A DNA stretch of 32,000 nt from Pseudomonadota bacterium. GTDB lineage: Bacteria; Pseudomonadota; Alphaproteobacteria; UBA1280; RI-95. Position 1 is the stretch's first letter; each line of letters starts with the position of its first letter. Positions 26,291 to 32,000 of the stretch are shown piece after piece. Location of the stretch: contig WGLU01000003.1 in the NCBI GenBank assembly GCA_016125375.1, forward strand, positions 133,880 to 165,879, given 5' to 3'. Position numbers and translations under genes: made by a program. The notes beneath the pieces are model-generated. The model saw only the letters and a list, made by a program, of their open reading frames with translations. It was not told where the DNA came from and made no database searches.

Positions 26291-27634
26291 ATGACGGACC
26301 CGTTTAAAGAAGTTGGCAATTTAATCGAGACGGTGCCCACCTCCCGCCGGTTTGGCAAGGTGCGTGGTGTGTCCGGCCTGTTGGTGGAAAGCCACGGCCT
26401 GCCGGATACGGCAATGGGCAGCCGGTGCCGTATTGCCGGGCGTGACGGCCGCCTGCACGAGGCTGAAGTCGTCGGCTACCAGCACGACAACGTGTTGCTT
26501 ATGCCGTTTGGGACCGTGGAAGGTATCGGCCCGGGCTGCCCTGTTTATCCGATTCACGACCGGGCAGTCTTCCGCGCCAACCACAGCCTGATTGGCCGTG
26601 TCATCAATGCGCTGGGTGAGCCGATTGACGGCAAGGGCCCGATTTCCCTCGGCGGCGAAGAGCGCGACCTTAAAGCCCCGCCACCGCCTGCCGGGGCGCG
26701 TAATCCGCTGGGTGCCAAGATGGATGTTGGCGTACGGGCCATCAACACCTTCCTGACGGTTTGCGAAGGGCAGCGTTTGGGTATTTTCTCCGGTTCCGGT
26801 GTGGGTAAGTCGACCCTGATGGGTATGGTTGCTCGTTATGCCACGGCAGAGGTCAACGTTATTGGTCTTGTGGGCGAACGGGGACGGGAGGTGATGGAGT
26901 TTATCCACACCATTCTGGGCGAGGAAGGTCTGCGCAAGTCGGTCGTTATTGTCGCTACGGGTGACGAACCTCCGCTGATGCGCCGTCAGGCCGCCTATAT
27001 GAGCATGACGATAGCCGAGTACTTCCGCGACTGCGGCTTTCAGGTCATGCTGATGATTGACTCGATTACCCGCTTTGCCATGGCCCAGCGGGAGATTGGC
27101 CTTTCTGCCGGCGAGCCGCCCACCACGCGTGGCTTTACGCCGTCCGTGTTTTCCGAGCTGCCCCGCCTGCTGGAGCGTGCAGGCCCCGGTACAGGTAAGG
27201 GGTCGATTACCGGCATCTTTACCGTACTGGTAGAAGGGGGCGATATGGACGAACCCGTTGCCGATGCCGTGCGCGGTATCATCGACGGACACATTGTGCT
27301 CGACCGGGCTTTGGCGGAACGAGGACACTTCCCCTCCATCAACGTGCTGCGTTCGGTCAGCCGTGCCATGCCCATGTGCAACACGGACGAGGAGAATACC
27401 CTGGTCATGCAGGCGCGCCGCCTGATTGCCTCCTACACGGATATGGAGGAGATGATACGTCTGGGCGCCTACAAGCAAGGTACCGACAAGGACGTGGACA
27501 TGGCGATAGCTTACCATGCCCAGCTGGAGGATTTCCTCCGACAGGAGCATAACGAGGCCAGTACCCTCGCCGAAGGCTACGATACCCTGAACGACATGTT
27601 CAAAAGGCTGGTCAAGCCTGCCGCAGAGGCCTAG
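26291..27634 (+). CDS. fliI: Flagellar export ATPase FliI
   Basis: GQRLGIFSGSGVGKSTLMGMVAR, GERGREVMEF, MLMIDSITRFAMAQREIGLSAGEPPTTRGFTPSVFSELPRLLERAG. Confidence 0.95.
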   Translation: MTDPFKEVGNLIETVPTSRRFGKVRGVSGLLVESHGLPDTAMGSRCRIAGRDGRLHEAEVVGYQHDNVLLMPFGTVEGIGPGCPVYPIHDRAVFRANHSLIGRVINALGEPIDGKGPISLGGEERDLKAPPPPAGARNPLGAKMDVGVRAINTFLTVCEGQRLGIFSGSGVGKSTLMGMVARYATAEVNVIGLVGERGREVMEFIHTILGEEGLRKSVVIVATGDEPPLMRRQAAYMSMTIAEYFRDCGFQVMLMIDSITRFAMAQREIGLSAGEPPTTRGFTPSVFSELPRLLERAGPGTGKGSITGIFTVLVEGGDMDEPVADAVRGIIDGHIVLDRALAERGHFPSINVLRSVSRAMPMCNTDEENTLVMQARRLIASYTDMEEMIRLGAYKQGTDKDVDMAIAYHAQLEDFLRQEHNEASTLAEGYDTLNDMFKRLVKPAAEA

Positions 27635-27643
27635 TCGTCATAA

Positions 27644-28060
27644 ATGAAGGCGCTCCAGACCCTCATCAAGCTCAGCCGGACGAAGGTTGAGGATAAACAG
27701 AAGGAGATTGCGGTCTTCCGTGAGAAAATCGCCAACATAGAAGGGCGTATTGTCGAACTGGAGCAGGCTATTGTAGATGAGGAAGCGGCGTCAAAAGGCA
27801 GTCTGGAGCTACAAGGGTACTTTGGCCCGTTCCACCAGCGCGCGCTTAAGCAGATAGAAGGGTACCAGAAGGATATTGCCCGTCTTGAGCAGGAGCTTGC
27901 GCCCCATCTAGACGAACTGGCCGAGCTGTTTGCCGAGCAGAAACGGGTGGAAATCCTGTATGAACGCCGCAAGGAAGAAGCCCGCAAACTGATGTTGAAA
28001 AAAGAGCAGCAGGAGCTGGATGAAATTGCCACCCAGCGGCACATCCGCAAGACGCGTTAA
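27644..28060 (+). CDS. fliJ: Flagellar export chaperone FliJ-like
   Basis: Short coiled-coil protein LQTLIKLSRTKVEDKQKEIAVFREKIANIEGRIVELEQ located directly after fliI. Confidence 0.75.
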   Translation: MKALQTLIKLSRTKVEDKQKEIAVFREKIANIEGRIVELEQAIVDEEAASKGSLELQGYFGPFHQRALKQIEGYQKDIARLEQELAPHLDELAELFAEQKRVEILYERRKEEARKLMLKKEQQELDEIATQRHIRKTR

Positions 28061-28467
28061 CCGCGCAACAGGCTCTCGATAAAGGCAGTAGGTGTATAGG
28101 CGGGCTGGGTTTTGCGGGCCAGTGCGACCTGGCGGCCAAGGCCTGCCCCTGCCGGGCGCTCAGCTTCCACAAATGTCAACAGTGGTACCAGCGTGTCGCT
28201 GATGTCTTCCAGCAACGTTGCGCAGAGGTGCTCCAGACTGTCCCATGTCTGACCGTTCAATCCTTTCAGATAGTCTTCCACGGCGCCGGGTACCGGTACG
28301 TCACGGTCCGGGACCAGAGCGATAGTGATTTTGATGCTGGGGCCGTCATGTGCCGGGGCAAGGGACCAGTTGTAACGACTGACCAGTTCCTGACCGCGAT
28401 GGGTGTTCGGCGTTAAGGCCAGCGCCGTTGTGCGCTCCTTGCGGGATGGCAGGGCGCTCACCGTCAT
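28057..28467 (-). CDS. Hypothetical protein
   Basis: 136-aa ORF; its start overlaps the cheR stop, suggesting co-transcription. Confidence 0.6.
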   Translation of the reverse strand: MTVSALPSRKERTTALALTPNTHRGQELVSRYNWSLAPAHDGPSIKITIALVPDRDVPVPGAVEDYLKGLNGQTWDSLEHLCATLLEDISDTLVPLLTFVEAERPAGAGLGRQVALARKTQPAYTPTAFIESLLRG

Positions 28468-29411
28468 CAGTCTTTCTTGGCAGCAACCAGATCGGCGATG
28501 CCCAGCTCTTCGAGGGTTTTCTTGCGCGGTGCCAGTTTGTAGGCCAGTGCGCGGACCTTTTCCAGATCCTGACGGAAGATATCACGGTACGGGTACAGGT
28601 TTTCCGAGTGGCCGATGAGCAGGAAACTGTCCGGCGTCATGGCCGAGGCCAGATTTTCAAGCACCTTGCGTTTGGAGGCGTCATCAAAGTAAATCAGCAC
28701 GTTACGGCAGAAGATAATATCGAACGTACCCAGCAGCTTGGTCTGCATGGTGTCTTGCAGGTTGCCCTCTTTAAAAGTCACCAGGGATTTGACTTCCTGA
28801 CGAATCTCGTGCTGGCCGTCCGGCAGTTCTCGAAAGAAGCGGTTCAGCAGCGGTGCCGGCACGTTACGGGTGGCGTAAGAGCCATAGATGGCTGTTCTGG
28901 CACCCTCGATGGCACGGCGGGAGATGTCGGTCCCGATAATCTCGATACGGAAATCCTTGGCGTAGGAGCCTGCCAGCAGCTGCATGGCTGTGGTATAGGC
29001 CTCGTCACCTGTGGAGGAGGCAGCGCTCCAGATGCGCAGGCGCAGGTCGTTCTTGCGGCGCTTCTCGTTGATGAGCGGCATCAGAATATCCTTCTCGAAG
29101 GCTTCCAGCTGCGGCTGGTTGCGGTAGAAGAAGGTCTCGTTGATGGTGACCTCGCTCAGCAGATTGGGATACTCGGTCGCCTTGGCGTGGGGCTGTTGCA
29201 GGAAGCGGTAATAGTCTTCCAGCGTTTTCAGCGCCAAAGCCTTGCGGCGCAGCTCAAGCTTGCTGGTCAGGAAGTACGCTTTGGTCTGGGTAAAGCGGAT
29301 GCCTGAGATGGTGTAAATAAGCTCGACAAAACGGCCAAAAAGCTCGTCGCTCATTTTGGGGGCTTCTGTCGTTTGGCTCTGACCGAGCTGTTCTGCTGTT
29401 TCTGCTGCCAT
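28467..29411 (-). CDS. cheR: Chemotaxis protein methyltransferase CheR
   Basis: LLSEVTINETFFYRNQPQLEAF...LRIWSAASSTGDEAYTTAMQL...FDIIFCRNVLIYFDDASKRKVLENLASAMTPDSFLLIGHSE. Confidence 0.95.
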   Translation of the reverse strand: MAAETAEQLGQSQTTEAPKMSDELFGRFVELIYTISGIRFTQTKAYFLTSKLELRRKALALKTLEDYYRFLQQPHAKATEYPNLLSEVTINETFFYRNQPQLEAFEKDILMPLINEKRRKNDLRLRIWSAASSTGDEAYTTAMQLLAGSYAKDFRIEIIGTDISRRAIEGARTAIYGSYATRNVPAPLLNRFFRELPDGQHEIRQEVKSLVTFKEGNLQDTMQTKLLGTFDIIFCRNVLIYFDDASKRKVLENLASAMTPDSFLLIGHSENLYPYRDIFRQDLEKVRALAYKLAPRKKTLEELGIADLVAAKKD

Positions 29412-29455
29412 GGGTGCTTAGAATACCTGTTTTATGTTCGGCATAAAATGGTGAA

Positions 29456-31483
29456 TCATATACTTAAGTCAAGATTTTTTTGCGTTGCGACAATATCATG
29501 TACAGGATCCACCTCGAAATGGGTTACGCCCTCCACGTCTATACTGCCGGTCATACCGGCGTCCACGAGGGCCTTTTGTACGACCTTATACAGGCCGTCT
29601 GCCTCCGGTTCAGTTAGCGGTTCGACGGTTCTGAGCTTCAGCTGCATATCGCGCTCGCGCACCAGACCATCCAATTGCAGGCTCCCCATTTTCGAGAGCG
29701 AGAAGTTCACCACAAAGCGCACATGCTCACGGTCGCTGCCGCCGTGGTCGTCGCGCTGGTTGCGCCAGAAGAACTGTCCCTGCCGCGGCTGGTCATCTTC
29801 TTCGTTCCAATAGGGAAATACCATGCCGCGCCACATATCCTGCTGATTTTCAGGAGCCTTTTGGTGCAGGGTATGCAGGCTATTCATATCATTGCTGAGG
29901 GCGCCGTCCAGCCCCAGTGCGCGCAGGATGTTCAGGGTGTCCTTGCCAAACAGAACCTCCAGATTACGGGTGGTCACAGCCTCGGCAAAGCGCATCAGGT
30001 TGGGCAGGGCGGTATCGTCCAGCGTGGGCAGGCGGTCTTTCAGGTCTGCCAGTGCGTCCGGGTGATTGGCCTGCAAGGATTGGATAGCCTTGGTCAGGTT
30101 GCTCCACCCGAGCGAAAAATTAAGCAGACCAGCGGCTTTGGGATTGGCTGCCTTGGGCAGTGCCATGTTCAGGATTTCGGCATGCCCGTCCGGCAACAGG
30201 CGCACGCTCAGCTGTGCACCGACGTGTAGCGGGCGCTCGCTGTGTACCTGTACGGTCAGGCCATTATCGAACTTGAGCTGATAGGTGGCACTGTCCACAC
30301 GCTGATTGACGGTCGCCTGAGCAAGAACAGTTTGTCCCGGTTGCGGTTGTTTGGTGTCCTGTTGAGGTGTCTGGGTGCCCTGACCTTGCCCTTGTTGGGG
30401 GGAGGTATCGTTGCGGTTAATCGCTTTGGGGGCACTGCTCTGGGTAACGGGCAGAATATCCACAAGTCCGTCAGCGCGGATGCGTATGGCCACGGTCTGG
30501 CCCTCCTGTAATGGCGTGGGAGTATTTATCTTAACTGTCTGACCATCTGGCAGGCGCAGGTTAGCGACCTGGGGGGGTTGCCCTTCCTCTGCGGGCAGAA
30601 TGGTCGCCTCCAATACAGCGGCTTGCCCCGGTGCTGCCTGCTGGACCAGCGCAGTCGGGAGTGGCTGAAGTGGTCGCACGCCACTTGCGAGCGGTTGTGG
30701 CAGGGCAGGTTGGGATGCTGTAGAAGGTTGTGGTTCAGAGACTTGTTGCTGGGCAGTCTTTTCAGCTGCCTGAGGGACAAGGTTGGCCAGAACAGGTGTG
30801 TTCAGACGTTCTATGCGGGCGGCTGTAGGACTGAGAATCTTCAGCTGAACTTCCGTCCGTGGCGGGAAAATAGGCGGTACAGGAACTTGCAGGCGAGTCT
30901 TGTTGGTCAGCTCCAGCGTCTGCACGCCGTTTTCAGGCTCGCCCGTAATCTGTCCCAGTACAGTGGCGCCAACTGCAGGTACGGGTTTGCCCGGCTCAAC
31001 ATTCAATGGCAGGGAAGCACCCACCTGCGGCAGGGGCGATTTGCCTTCCGCTGTAGGGAGTTTAACGGCAATCTGTATCAGCGGCGTTTGCGGCGGCAGC
31101 TGTGATGGCTGTGTGGACTGTTGCTGTGCTGCGGGTTGTTGGCTTTGCGACGTGCCCGCAGTTTGCGGTTGTCCAGGGGCAGGTTCCGCATCTCGTCTGG
31201 GTGGTGCCAGGTAGCGCAGAAGACTGGCCGTATTATCCGGCTGTGTTAACAGCGTCAACCGGCTGCCAATAGGGAGTTGGGGCGTAATATCTGCTTTGAT
31301 TGTGGTGCCATCGGCCAGTTGCAGGGTGGATTGTTTTCCGTCGGTGCCAATAACCTCGGCCCGCAATACGCTGCCCGTGTCTACGGCAGCAGGCAGGCCC
31401 TGAATATTCTCTATCCGCACATAGCGCTGGCTGCCCAGCAGGGCAGTGTCGGTAACCAGCAGCAGGTTTGCGGTGTTAATCAT
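29456..31483 (-). CDS. FliK-like flagellar hook-length control family protein (tentative)
   Basis: 675-aa protein with Pro/Gln-rich linkers and a C-terminal domain (EHVRFVVNFSLSKMGSLQLDGLVRERDMQLKLRT) like FliK-type C-termini; located near fliI/fliJ/cheR. Confidence 0.55.
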   Translation of the reverse strand: MINTANLLLVTDTALLGSQRYVRIENIQGLPAAVDTGSVLRAEVIGTDGKQSTLQLADGTTIKADITPQLPIGSRLTLLTQPDNTASLLRYLAPPRRDAEPAPGQPQTAGTSQSQQPAAQQQSTQPSQLPPQTPLIQIAVKLPTAEGKSPLPQVGASLPLNVEPGKPVPAVGATVLGQITGEPENGVQTLELTNKTRLQVPVPPIFPPRTEVQLKILSPTAARIERLNTPVLANLVPQAAEKTAQQQVSEPQPSTASQPALPQPLASGVRPLQPLPTALVQQAAPGQAAVLEATILPAEEGQPPQVANLRLPDGQTVKINTPTPLQEGQTVAIRIRADGLVDILPVTQSSAPKAINRNDTSPQQGQGQGTQTPQQDTKQPQPGQTVLAQATVNQRVDSATYQLKFDNGLTVQVHSERPLHVGAQLSVRLLPDGHAEILNMALPKAANPKAAGLLNFSLGWSNLTKAIQSLQANHPDALADLKDRLPTLDDTALPNLMRFAEAVTTRNLEVLFGKDTLNILRALGLDGALSNDMNSLHTLHQKAPENQQDMWRGMVFPYWNEEDDQPRQGQFFWRNQRDDHGGSDREHVRFVVNFSLSKMGSLQLDGLVRERDMQLKLRTVEPLTEPEADGLYKVVQKALVDAGMTGSIDVEGVTHFEVDPVHDIVATQKNLDLSI

Positions 31484-31497
31484 GTCCGTTTCATTCC

Positions 31498-31776
31498 TTA
31501 AATAAACGGATGGGGGAACAGGTCAGTGTCCGTTCCCCCACCCGCCGCGGCATTAGCTGCGTCTATAAGGTTTTGCAGGGCGCTTACGGCCATGGGGTGA
31601 GGGGTTACCATCCATATCGGCGCGCAGGCAGTACGGATACAGTTGTAAAGCGCAATTGCATCCATCCCCACAAAGTCGGAAAGCTCTTTGAATCCTGCTT
31701 TCTCCAGCCTGTTGACCACTTTCGGGCCAATCATTCTGATGGTGCGCAGTTTGCGTTTTTCACTTTCCGCCATCAT
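31498..31776 (-). CDS. Helix-hairpin-helix protein, Cdd1/TfoX-C-like
   Basis: MMAESEKRKLRTIRMIGPKVVNRLEKAGFKELSDFVGMDAIALYNCI resembles short HhH proteins of the Cdd1/TfoX C-terminal type. Confidence 0.6.
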   Translation of the reverse strand: MMAESEKRKLRTIRMIGPKVVNRLEKAGFKELSDFVGMDAIALYNCIRTACAPIWMVTPHPMAVSALQNLIDAANAAAGGGTDTDLFPHPFI

Positions 31777-31787
31777 GACTGCATGCC

Positions 31788-32000
31788 CTATGCCAACTCC
31801 GCATGACGGAAGCATCCGGCGATGTGGTCATTAACCATGCCGATGGCCTGCATGTTGGCATAGATGACGGTAGGTCCTACAAACTTAAACCCCCGTTTTT
31901 TAAGGTCTTTACTGATTTTCTCGGCCAGCTGGGTAACCGGCGGCACGTCTTTCATGGACTGCCGTTTCGGCTGTAAAGGTGCACCGTCAACGAAGCGCCA
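31788..32000 (-). CDS. tag: DNA-3-methyladenine glycosylase I (C-terminal part; gene continues past window end)
   Basis: Minus-strand translation includes LKKRGFKFVGPTVIYANMQAIGMVNDHIAGCFRHAELA*, a conserved Tag C-terminus. Confidence 0.88.
   Translation of the reverse strand, partial: WRFVDGAPLQPKRQSMKDVPPVTQLAEKISKDLKKRGFKFVGPTVIYANMQAIGMVNDHIAGCFRHAELA

Noticed and set aside
26321-27550. 409-aa minus-strand ORF opposite fliI
   Set aside because: Antisense to a highly conserved fliI; no protein-like signature.

Overview
Ordinary-looking chromosomal segment of a flagellated alphaproteobacterium. No CRISPR array, transposase, integrase, tRNA or rRNA could be supported. In order: an export-related minus-strand cluster (TPR/membrane protein, YidD-like protein, GspI-like pseudopilin, ftsY); ffh; the rpsP-rimM-trmD-rplS block; LON-domain protein; a UDG-superfamily-like protein; lytic transglycosylase; rnhB; glycosyltransferase; mutY; Gx-transporter-like protein; DUF721/DciA; DsbA-like; F0 genes atpI-atpB-atpE-atpF; class I glutamine amidotransferase; leucyl aminopeptidase; rpmE; PAS/degenerate GGDEF/EAL protein; cheW; CtrA-like regulator with an atypical receiver; fliI; fliJ; small hypothetical; cheR; FliK-like protein; Cdd1-like HhH protein; and tag (partial). 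The most unusual region is 5524-7123: two opposite-strand, strongly G/C-ending, divergent paralogous membrane-protein genes. Each is followed by a nearly identical terminator, and together they split the usually compact rpsP-rimM-trmD-rplS block. Other notable points: matching Ala/Glu-rich C-terminal tails on bS16 and bL19, a YidD-like protein without the family cysteines, a UDG-like protein without the canonical catalytic and Fe-S motifs, degenerate signalling domains, and a recurring GTATAC motif in gene spacers. All family assignments come from motif recognition by eye; no database search was run.
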